From the IMG/VR virus record IMGVR_UViG_3300046000_006159, positions 1 to 43,270 of that record: 43,270 bases of DNA; one strand, written 5' to 3'. Made by a program: the position numbers and the translations under genes. Below are positions 36,290 to 43,270 of the stretch, one piece after another (the first letter of the stretch is position 1; every line of letters begins with the position of its first letter). A model generated the notes under the pieces. The model was not told the origin of the DNA, did no database searches, and was given only the letters and a program-made list of their open reading frames with translations. This stretch comes from a virus. Taxonomy: Duplodnaviria > Caudoviricetes.

Positions 36290-36995
36290 TGCTGATGGCT
36301 CTGGCTTGACCTTCCGGTAAATGCGAGGCCCGAAGGTTCACAACAAGAGACTGACTCCAGCCTTTTTCCGGTGCTGGAGGACACCGGCCAAAACCATCAC
36401 GGCTGGCGACTGCCGGTTACCGTGTACCCGGTGCGTCGGATATTCCAATCGCCATGCGTGATGGTGCTTGTCTTTCCAAGCTGTCATGATGGAGGTGTGT
36501 TGTTACACTAAAAGGCTATTGTCCCTTTCTGTCCGTCCGGCCAGGCCATTCCCGATACCGCTTCCCGTCACCATGCCCGTCTTATCGGCTCGTACATGGT
36601 TCATTAGCATCGGCTTCGTTTCAAGAATTTCGCCCCCGCATATCACCTACTCTTTAAAGGATGGCTACTACTAAGCCTACCTCCCTAACCATCACGGCTG
36701 GCGACTGGTGGGATTCGAACCCACATCAACCAAGTTTTAGCGCTAGACCTCATAGGTAGCTAACCTATCTACAATCGCCATGCGTGATGGTGCTTGTCTT
36801 TCCAAGCTGTCACCTGTTGCGTGTAACCAAAGAACCCCAAGCAGGCGGGCCGTGTTAAACATGTAGCTGGCCTTTTACATCGCCAGCGCGGATGTTTCCC
36901 GATTCGTTTGGTGTGGAATTTTTCAGCCACCCAGGGCCACCAAACGCCAAGACTGCTCATGCCTTTTTCGGGTGCATGAGGACACCCATCGAGAT
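36290..36995 (-). ncRNA. Putative structured non-coding RNA cluster in the early operon
   Basis: No credible ORF. Contains two conserved-flank units, three H-type pseudoknots and several hairpins. Confidence 0.7.
36392..36812 (-). repeat. Two units with identical 21-bp and 41-bp flanks around different inserts
   Basis: 36392-36412 = 36687-36707 and 36446-36486 = 36772-36812; inserts are 33 and 64 bp. Confidence 0.95.
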
Positions 36996-36997
36996 CT

Positions 36998-37393
36998 TTA
37001 CTTTTCGCCTTTCGCCGCTAGGACGTACAAAACTTGGTTATCAAACTTTCGTTTTATCGCGCCTGGGTATTGGGGCTTTTCGCCTTGGTTCCAGTGATCC
37101 GCGCCTTTGCTAACTGTGGTTTTTGGCTTGTCCAAAAGCTGCTTTGACAAAACCTTGTAGTACTCCAACATCTCGCGCGGCGGCTGTTTCCGTTTAACGC
37201 CGCGCAGTTGGCAAAGGTTGGTGTCTTCGTCTTCGGCTTTAGATATCGCTGCCTGGCCGATTGCGACCGCGTGTTCGATTGAATGACCTGCGGTTTCTGC
37301 ATAGATGATGCGAGATAAACAATGAACATCCCCTGCAAAGGCTTTTGATCCTGAAAGCAGGGCCGCCGCCACTACAAAATAAACCGACTTCAT
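36998..37393 (-). CDS. Secreted cell-wall-hydrolase-like (SleB/Hydrolase_2) protein
   Basis: Signal peptide ending in AFA, then CLSRIIYAETAG......AIGQ and GADHW. Confidence 0.6.
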   Translation of the reverse strand: MKSVYFVVAAALLSGSKAFAGDVHCLSRIIYAETAGHSIEHAVAIGQAAISKAEDEDTNLCQLRGVKRKQPPREMLEYYKVLSKQLLDKPKTTVSKGADHWNQGEKPQYPGAIKRKFDNQVLYVLAAKGEK

Positions 37394-37524
37394 TACGGCA
37401 ACCCCATGATCGCGGTGAATAAGTCCGCTACCAGGTACAAGAGATATAAGGCGGTAATGCTAGACACCAAGATAAGAGCGAATAAGACTTTATAAATTCT
37501 TTTTTCAAAGGTGAACCAATCCAT
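37393..37524 (-). CDS. Small membrane protein, 43 aa (MDWFTFEKRIYKVLFALIL...), not in ORF track
   Basis: TAATG overlaps on both sides. Confidence 0.65.
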   Translation of the reverse strand: MDWFTFEKRIYKVLFALILVSSITALYLLYLVADLFTAIMGLP

Positions 37525-37712
37525 TACTGCCACCCCATGATCGCGGTGACTGCAACCAACGCGATGAAAGCAACAAGGCCCTGATAAAGTCTTAATTCGG
37601 TCTTAGCGTCGGCCACTTCCTGCTTTGATGTCGCCATGAAACGGTTGATTGCGTCGCTTCTGTTTTGTTTATCGGCGTCGATTCTTTTCAATTTGCTGAT
37701 GGTTGCGTCCAT
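37524..37712 (-). CDS. Small protein with C-terminal transmembrane helix; first gene of the early operon
   Basis: SD GGAG; located downstream of the leftward promoter. Confidence 0.7.
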   Translation of the reverse strand: MDATISKLKRIDADKQNRSDAINRFMATSKQEVADAKTELRLYQGLVAFIALVAVTAIMGWQ

Positions 37713-37769
37713 TGTTCTCTCCGGTTGTTGTTGTTGGTTAATTGGGCTGTGCTGCCCTGTTGCTGATGT

Positions 37770-37797
37770 ATTTTACACAATCAATACCTTGTGTCAA
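37770..37797 (-). promoter_or_regulatory. Leftward sigma70 early promoter
   Basis: TTGACA-N16-TAAAAT on the - strand; the spacer region holds the inverted repeat ACACAA-N8-TTGTGT. Confidence 0.75.
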
Positions 37798-37837
37798 CAA
37801 GAAATACAATAATAAATTGTACAAGGGGGCAAAATAA

Positions 37838-37865
37838 AACCCGCGCCGTTTCTGGTCGCGGGTTT
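37838..37865 (-). terminator. Terminator downstream of the repressor
   Basis: AAACCCGCG...CGCGGGTTT inverted repeat with a T-rich tail on the - strand. Confidence 0.65.
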
Positions 37866-37883
37866 GCAGTTCTAAAAAATTTT

Positions 37884-38276
37884 CTAAGGGGTTAAATTTT
37901 CCAGCAAATCTGCGGCTTTTTCCGGGCTTTGTGTAATAAATACCGATACCCCTTTACTGTTTGCAGTCGCGATCAATCTTGCATATCCGGGTTGGTTGAT
38001 GTCCTGTTGCACGATAACTAAAAGACCGTGAAGAGCGTTTGTTCTAGCAGGTGTGCTTCTTTCGTTAGCTTTGATTGCCACCGTGGTTAGCGATACAGCA
38101 GGAAGATTAGCTTCCTTCAAAAGCGCATTGATCTTTGCTAAGGCAGATGCGCGCGGCAGGGATCCTGTTTCCCAATTGCTAATCGATTGCTGCGATGTTC
38201 CCAAGCGCGAGGCTAGATCTTCTTGATCCCATTGCATTTTGGCTCTTAATTCTCTGATTACATTTGCAATATCCAT
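37884..38276 (-). CDS. XRE-family HTH repressor (CI-like), without S24 peptidase domain
   Basis: IRELRAKMQWDQEDLASRLGTSQQSISNWETG; divergent from the cro-like gene. Confidence 0.85.
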   Translation of the reverse strand: MDIANVIRELRAKMQWDQEDLASRLGTSQQSISNWETGSLPRASALAKINALLKEANLPAVSLTTVAIKANERSTPARTNALHGLLVIVQQDINQPGYARLIATANSKGVSVFITQSPEKAADLLENLTP

Positions 38277-38347
38277 ACTGCATACCTTTCGAGATTGTTT
38301 TGACTCGCTATTATACAAGCAAATGATTGTTTTTTGAAATGTTTAGC

Positions 38348-38377
38348 TTGTACAACTAAACAGGGGGCTTGTACAAT
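38348..38377 (+). promoter_or_regulatory. Rightward promoter / operator region
   Basis: TTGTAC-N18-TACAAT; both boxes overlap TTGTACAA palindromes. Confidence 0.55.
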
Positions 38378-38411
38378 GTTCGCGTTTTTAATTACCAAAG
38401 AGGAAAGGGAT

Positions 38412-38636
38412 ATGTCTAACTCAGGCATCAGGTCGGTCGTCAGCGCGGCGGGCGGCCAAGTCAAATTAGCCGGGCTTCTCGGGGTCACTCAGCAATCAGT
38501 CAGTTTGTGGGTTCGTCAAGGGTTTGTGCCGGTCAGCCGCGTTGTAGAAATCGAATCACAGTTTGGCGTGCCTCGTCTTGAACTGATCAATCCACGGCTG
38601 CGCGCCACCTTGGAAGATCACGGGGGGCGAATATGA
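38412..38636 (+). CDS. Cro-like HTH protein (YdaS-like)
   Basis: AAGGQVKLAGLLGVTQQSVSLW..G.VP; SD-like GAGGAAAGGG upstream. Confidence 0.85.
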   Translation: MSNSGIRSVVSAAGGQVKLAGLLGVTQQSVSLWVRQGFVPVSRVVEIESQFGVPRLELINPRLRATLEDHGGRI

Positions 38637-38896
38637 GCGCGCGTCAATTATTAGAAGATGTCTTTGACGCGATCGCGCCTCTTACAGATCCTTATTGGAA
38701 CGACTTAAGGCTTCGCATTGCGGAAGAGCTGGACAACCCCTCACCATCTTCGGGCGTTGAACAGATCGGGTGGATTGCCGAATCTTCCTATCGGCTCATT
38801 CTAAACGAGGGCGCTTGGGACGCTCTTTCCTTATATCAATCTAGTCGAAGTCTGGAACATCCCATTCCCGTATTTAGATCTTTAGACTTCAAATAG
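38633..38896 (+). CDS. Hypothetical protein
   Basis: ATGA overlap with the cro-like gene. Confidence 0.65.
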   Translation: MSARQLLEDVFDAIAPLTDPYWNDLRLRIAEELDNPSPSSGVEQIGWIAESSYRLILNEGAWDALSLYQSSRSLEHPIPVFRSLDFK

Positions 38897-38907
38897 CCGA
38901 GGCAGCA

Positions 38908-41043
38908 ATGGTGGCAAAACAATTAGAAACACCGCTCTACCTCGAAAACATTCCTAATGCTTTACGCAAGTTTGACCGTTGGTCGCCTTGGCGCGCGCAG
39001 TGGAACGAAAAACGCGGCAAGTGGGACAAGATACCGCAAGTGGTGGACAACCTGAACTACAACCTCTCGACCAACAAAGTTAAAAGCTGGGTGTCGTTTG
39101 ACCATGTGGTCAAGTCTTTGGATTTGAGCAAGTCAGCGGGGCTTGGCTTTGTGATGACCGGCATCAAGGGCTTGATTGCCATTGACCTGGACAATTGCAT
39201 CGGTGAGCAGTGGGCGCAGGACGTGATCGCGATGGTCAATAGTTACACCGAGATCAGCCCAAGCGGTAAGGGTTATCGGATATTTGCGTTCGGCGACTTA
39301 GACACCGACTGGAATAATCACGAAGTCGGGATCGAAGTCTACGGCGGCAACGAAGCGCGCTTCTTAACCGTGACCGGCAACGTGCTGAACGGATCGCCGG
39401 GCGACGTTATGTCTGTCCACCAGGGTGTGTTCGATCGCTTGGCCAAACTCTATGCGCGCGAGAAACGCAAGGCCGAGATCATCGATTTGAATATGCCTGA
39501 TTTGATCGACGACCTGTTGTTGCCTTCCACCGAATCGTTGCGGATCCCGGCGGCATCGCTCAAGTTCTTACTGTCCGGTGAGTTTGAGATGGATCGTTCC
39601 GGCGCGTTGTTCGGCGTGGGCGTGTCACTGTACGCTGCGGGGTTTTCCGATACGGAAGTTTTTTCGATCCTGGCTAACAACGATTATGCGATGGAAGTCG
39701 CGCTCGATCATCGGCGGCAAGATCACGACCGCGCGCTGCTTTACTTGTGGCGTGAACATTGCGTCAAAGCCAAAGGCAAAGGCGCGGCGGCTATCGTCAC
39801 CGATGCGGAGTTTGACGTGGTGGAATCTGTACCAGGTGAAGTCGAACTGCCCAACTTCAAGCGCGATAAGAACGGACAGATTGAGGCGTCCATTCAGAAC
39901 GTCACGCTGGCGCTAAGACGATCGGATCTGTGCGGGATGGACATCCGGCACGACCGATTTCGCGATGAAATCATGTTTACACCGCACGGCGTGGCCAACG
40001 CTTGGCGCACCTTCACCGATGCCGATTACTCGCGCCTTCGCATTACGCTTGAAACCGGTGGCTTTAAGCCGGTGGGCCGTGAACTCATCCGCGACGTGGT
40101 GTTGTTGGTGGCGGATGACCGGCCGTTTGATTCAGCGATCCTTTGGCTTGACGGTTTGAAGTGGGACGGGGTGTCACGCGCTGAACGCTTTTTGGAAGTC
40201 TATTTTGGCGCAGTCGATTCGCCGTACACACGCGCGGTGTCCATGTATATCTGGACTGCGCTTGCCGGTCGTGTGATGTCGCCAGGGATCAAAGCCGATA
40301 TGGTGCCGATTCTGGTCGGTGAACAGGGTGCGAAGAAATCTAGCTCGGTGGCGGCAATGGCCCCGAACCCCGACTTTTTTACCGAAGTGTCCTTCCACGA
40401 AAAGGACGAAGACCTGGCCCGCAAAATGCGAGGGCGTTTGATTGCCGAGATCGGCGAGTTGCGCGGCCTTCATACCCGAGAGCTGGAATCGATCAAAGCG
40501 TTTATCACCCGAACGCATGAGAACTGGGTGCCGAAATATCGCGAGTTTGCTACCTCGTTTCCAAGGCGTTTGGTGTTTATCGGCACCACTAACCAGGAAC
40601 ATTTTCTAGCGGACGACACCGGCAACCGGCGTTGGTGTCCGGTGCGAACCAGTATGGCCGACATCGACGCGATCAAGCGCGATCGTTTGCAACTATGGGC
40701 AGAGGGGCGCGTTTGGTTTGAGCTATTCGGTGTGGCGTTTCAAGATGCCGAGCGATTGGCGCAGGACGTTCACGATGAACACACCATCACCGAACCGTGG
40801 GCCGATTCTGTTGCAGATTGGTTGGACGCACCGGATGCGCTTTCGGGCGACACCCCACGAACGCGCGAATTTTTGCAAGTTCACGAAGTCGCGCGGGATT
40901 GCTTGCATATTGAAGCGCGTAATTTGAAACGGGTTGACCAAATGCAAATCGGTAAAATTTTACGCGCTCAAGGGTATGAAGCCGGTCGGGTGTTCCAAAA
41001 CGGTAAACAGATGCGGGTTTGGGTCAAAGTTAAAGCAAATTAG
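38908..41043 (+). CDS. Primase-helicase (AEP/PrimPol N-terminus plus VirE/VapE-type P-loop)
   Basis: IDLD, EISPSGKG and IEVY...RFLTVTG; GEQGAKKS, IAEIGE and GTTN...LADDTGNRR. Confidence 0.92.
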   Translation: MVAKQLETPLYLENIPNALRKFDRWSPWRAQWNEKRGKWDKIPQVVDNLNYNLSTNKVKSWVSFDHVVKSLDLSKSAGLGFVMTGIKGLIAIDLDNCIGEQWAQDVIAMVNSYTEISPSGKGYRIFAFGDLDTDWNNHEVGIEVYGGNEARFLTVTGNVLNGSPGDVMSVHQGVFDRLAKLYAREKRKAEIIDLNMPDLIDDLLLPSTESLRIPAASLKFLLSGEFEMDRSGALFGVGVSLYAAGFSDTEVFSILANNDYAMEVALDHRRQDHDRALLYLWREHCVKAKGKGAAAIVTDAEFDVVESVPGEVELPNFKRDKNGQIEASIQNVTLALRRSDLCGMDIRHDRFRDEIMFTPHGVANAWRTFTDADYSRLRITLETGGFKPVGRELIRDVVLLVADDRPFDSAILWLDGLKWDGVSRAERFLEVYFGAVDSPYTRAVSMYIWTALAGRVMSPGIKADMVPILVGEQGAKKSSSVAAMAPNPDFFTEVSFHEKDEDLARKMRGRLIAEIGELRGLHTRELESIKAFITRTHENWVPKYREFATSFPRRLVFIGTTNQEHFLADDTGNRRWCPVRTSMADIDAIKRDRLQLWAEGRVWFELFGVAFQDAERLAQDVHDEHTITEPWADSVADWLDAPDALSGDTPRTREFLQVHEVARDCLHIEARNLKRVDQMQIGKILRAQGYEAGRVFQNGKQMRVWVKVKAN

Positions 41044-41234
41044 GACAAAACTAGACAGAACTAGACAGAACGGGGTTTGGTTGTGTCTAGTTATAAGTTA
41101 TTGATTTTTAATCTATTAGACAACCTAGACAACCTAGACATCTATATATGAAGTGTATGTATAGATAGGTACATATATGTAGGTAGGGGGATAACAATAA
41201 GAAACGATGTGTCTAGGTTGTCTATGGTGTCTAG
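41041..41234. repeat. Iteron-like TAGACA array; putative replication origin
   Basis: TAGACA at 41052, 41062, 41117, 41126 and 41135; TGTCTA at 41084, 41210, 41219 and 41228; AT-rich centre; IHF-like site at 41094-41106. Confidence 0.7.
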
Positions 41235-41271
41235 TCGATTGAATCTGCATGAAATGCGGGGAATGGTTTTG

Positions 41272-41520
41272 ATGAAAAAACTGGTGGCGGTGAACGAAAA
41301 CGGGTTGCGAATTGGAGAGGATCATCACCGAGCTAAATTGCTTGATGAGGATGTCGAACATATACGCGCCTTGGCTGAGGGTGGGATGCGTTACGCGGAA
41401 ATCGCGGAGAAGTTTGAGATTAGCAAGTGGATGGTTGGCAGAATTTGCCGCTTTGAACGCCGGGGACAAACTACGGCAAAATTGAAATGCACCTATATCG
41501 GCGATGAGTCGGGAGAATGA
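41272..41520 (+). CDS. Small HTH protein; candidate late transcription activator
   Basis: AKLLDEDVEHIRALAEGGMRYAEIAEKFEISKWMVGRI; last early gene before terS. Confidence 0.7.
   Translation: MKKLVAVNENGLRIGEDHHRAKLLDEDVEHIRALAEGGMRYAEIAEKFEISKWMVGRICRFERRGQTTAKLKCTYIGDESGE
41485..41518 (+). promoter_or_regulatory. Degenerate fifth late promoter (AAATGCACCTA-N17-GAGAAT) for terS
   Basis: Same spacing as the four exact copies; ATG 41525 is 7 nt after the hexamer. Confidence 0.55.
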
Positions 41521-41524
41521 AAGC

Positions 41525-41977
41525 ATGAGCAGAGTAACTTACAGCGAAGAGATTGCAGACGAGATCTGCGCGCAGCTTGCAGATGGACAATCGCTGCGCG
41601 CTATTTGTCGCGCAGGGAGTATGCCGAATTGGCGGACGGTGTGCCGGTGGATGGAATCCAACGATGATTTTGCCAGCAGGTGCGCGCGCGCGAGAACTTT
41701 ACAAGCGGACGTTTTGGAATCTGAAATGGCCGATATTGAACGCGATACGCTTGATGGCTCGGTCGATCCTAAAGCCGCTAACGTGGTGCTATCGTCCAAG
41801 CGTTGGCGCGCGGCCAAACTCGCGCCTAAGAAGTACGGCGACCGGATACATACAGAATTAACCGGTGCAGATGGTGGCCCTGTCCAGATCGACGACACCG
41901 AGCGCGCGGCCAAAGTGGCGGCGATTCTTGCCCACGCCCAGACCAGACGTGATGCCGATGCAAGCGACCTCGTTTGA
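41525..41977 (+). CDS. terS: Terminase small subunit (Sf6 gp1-like)
   Basis: YSEEIADEIC..LADGQSLRAIC....MP...TV..W and W.AAKLAPKKYGD motifs. Confidence 0.9.
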   Translation: MSRVTYSEEIADEICAQLADGQSLRAICRAGSMPNWRTVCRWMESNDDFASRCARARTLQADVLESEMADIERDTLDGSVDPKAANVVLSSKRWRAAKLAPKKYGDRIHTELTGADGGPVQIDDTERAAKVAAILAHAQTRRDADASDLV

Positions 41978-43270
41978 TCCAGTCCTTCTCAAATACCTCA
42001 CACCGGCAGAACTCGCAGAACTCGATCAACTGATTGCCAGTGACAAAACGCTTTGGCGACCACTACGCGGCCCGCAAACCGTCGCGTACGAATCCACTGC
42101 GGACATCATCGGCTATGGTGGTGCTGCCGGTGGGGGTAAAACCGATTTGGCTTGTGGTAAGGCTTTAACACGCCACCAAAAGACATTGGTGCTACGCCGC
42201 GAAGCCACGCAGCTCACCGGTATCGTTGATCGATTTACTGAGCTACTGGGCAGCCGCGATGGATTTAACGGCGCAGAACGAATCTGGAGGCTGCCAGGTA
42301 AGCAAATTGAGTTTGGCTCTACGCCCAACGTGGATGACTGGAACAAATACCAAGGCCGACCGCATGACCTCTTGATCTTCGACGAAGCGGCCAACTTCTT
42401 GGAATCGCAAGTACGCGCGTTGCTCGGGTGGTTGCGCTCGGTTGATGCCAATCAAAAATGCCAGGCGCTACTGACGTTTAACCCGCCGACCACGGCAGAG
42501 GGCCGTTGGATCATCACGTTCTTTGCGCCGTGGCTAGATCCCAAGCATCCCAACCCCGCACAACCTGGTGAGCTGCGCTACTTTGCGATGGTCGATGGTA
42601 AAGAGATCGAATGTGCGGACAGTACGCCTTTTGCTCACGGCAACGATACGATCAAACCGATGTCACGCACGTTTATTCCGTCGCGCATATCGGATAACCC
42701 TTACTTGATGAACACCGGCTATATGTCCACGCTGCAAGCGTTGCCGGAACCTTTACGCTCACAGATGCTTTACGGGGATTTCATGGCTGGAATAGAAGAC
42801 GATCCTTGGCAAGTGATCCCGACAGCATGGGTGGAAGAAGCCCAAGCGCGTTGGGTGCGACCTGCCAAACTTGAACCGATGGACTCGCACGGGGTGGACG
42901 TGGCACGCGGTGGCCGCGATAGCACGATCCTGGCTCGAAGGCATGGCATGTGGTTTGACGTGCCACTAGTCTATCCAGGCACCGCAACACCGGACGGCCC
43001 CACCGTGGCGGGTTTGGTGATTGCCGCTAACCGCGATCAATCCCCGATCCACATTGACGTGATCGGCGTGGGCGCGTCGCCCTATGATTTCTTGAAAGAC
43101 ACTAACCAACAAGTGATCGGCGTGAACGTTTCCGAAAAAGCCACCGGCTTGGATAAGTCGGGGCGCTTGCATTTCAAGAATCAACGCTCGGAACTTTGGT
43201 GGCGGATGCGCGAGGCGCTCGATCCCACCAACAACACCGGCATTGCTTTACCACCGGATCCTCGGCTACT
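41952..43270 (+). CDS. terL: Terminase large subunit, N-terminal ATPase part (runs off the end; ~510 aa when circularised)
   Basis: Read directly: Walker A YGGAAGGGKT, Walker B LLIFDEA, and TFNP. Start at 41952 or 41958. Confidence 0.93.
   Translation, partial: MPMQATSFDPVLLKYLTPAELAELDQLIASDKTLWRPLRGPQTVAYESTADIIGYGGAAGGGKTDLACGKALTRHQKTLVLRREATQLTGIVDRFTELLGSRDGFNGAERIWRLPGKQIEFGSTPNVDDWNKYQGRPHDLLIFDEAANFLESQVRALLGWLRSVDANQKCQALLTFNPPTTAEGRWIITFFAPWLDPKHPNPAQPGELRYFAMVDGKEIECADSTPFAHGNDTIKPMSRTFIPSRISDNPYLMNTGYMSTLQALPEPLRSQMLYGDFMAGIEDDPWQVIPTAWVEEAQARWVRPAKLEPMDSHGVDVARGGRDSTILARRHGMWFDVPLVYPGTATPDGPTVAGLVIAANRDQSPIHIDVIGVGASPYDFLKDTNQQVIGVNVSEKATGLDKSGRLHFKNQRSELWWRMREALDPTNNTGIALPPDPRL
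42822..43270. repeat. Terminal redundancy, right copy
   Basis: Matches 1-449. Confidence 0.97.

Noticed and set aside
36349-36390. HDV-like (theta) ribozyme downstream of a scaffold unit
   Set aside because: It starts GGCCGG, but there is no room for P3/L3/P1.1. The fold is a simple H-type pseudoknot.
36392-36812. CRISPR mini-array
   Set aside because: Only two units; the flanks pair with each other around the insert, spacing is irregular and there is no cas operon. DUF2800 is a common phage Cas4-like nuclease.
36468-37113. ORFs 36468-36674, 36769-36960 and 36892-37113 as genes
   Set aside because: No SD or recognisable motifs, two are antisense to the operon, and they cross the structured repeats.
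41134-41526. 130-aa minus-strand ORF, and the 41209 start for the HTH gene
   Set aside because: The minus-strand ORF is antisense to the HTH gene, and both run through the iteron array. ATG 41272 is more plausible.

Overview
This is an essentially complete, circularly permuted temperate-type podovirus genome. The unit length is 42,821 bp, and bases 1-449 recur at 42822-43270. Gene order resembles BPP-1/epsilon15/APSE-like phages. The + strand late arm carries terS, terL (split across the ends), portal, scaffold, major capsid, decoration proteins, tail adaptor and nozzle, three injected internal virion proteins (one a 3111-aa polyvalent protein), tailspike, tail-collar protein and lysis genes. 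Next come an attP-like site, tRNA-Ser(UGA) and an N-terminally truncated tyrosine integrase. The - strand early arm carries an SNF2 helicase, VRR-NUC, DNA polymerase A, DUF2815 and DUF2800. A cI/cro switch, a primase-helicase and an iteron-like origin close the circle. The most notable unexplained structures are: (1) a ~700-nt non-coding RNA cluster in the early operon, with three same-topology H-type pseudoknots (two showing compensatory changes) and two identical scaffolds holding different inserts, one tRNA-like; (2) a late promoter motif TGATGCACTTA-N17-TAnnnT fused to upstream stop codons, often inside hairpins that hide the next start site; (3) an array of ADP-ribosyltransferase-like cassettes in the giant injected protein, with identical DNA flanks around variable cores. 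Product calls come from recognised motifs and synteny. No database search was run.
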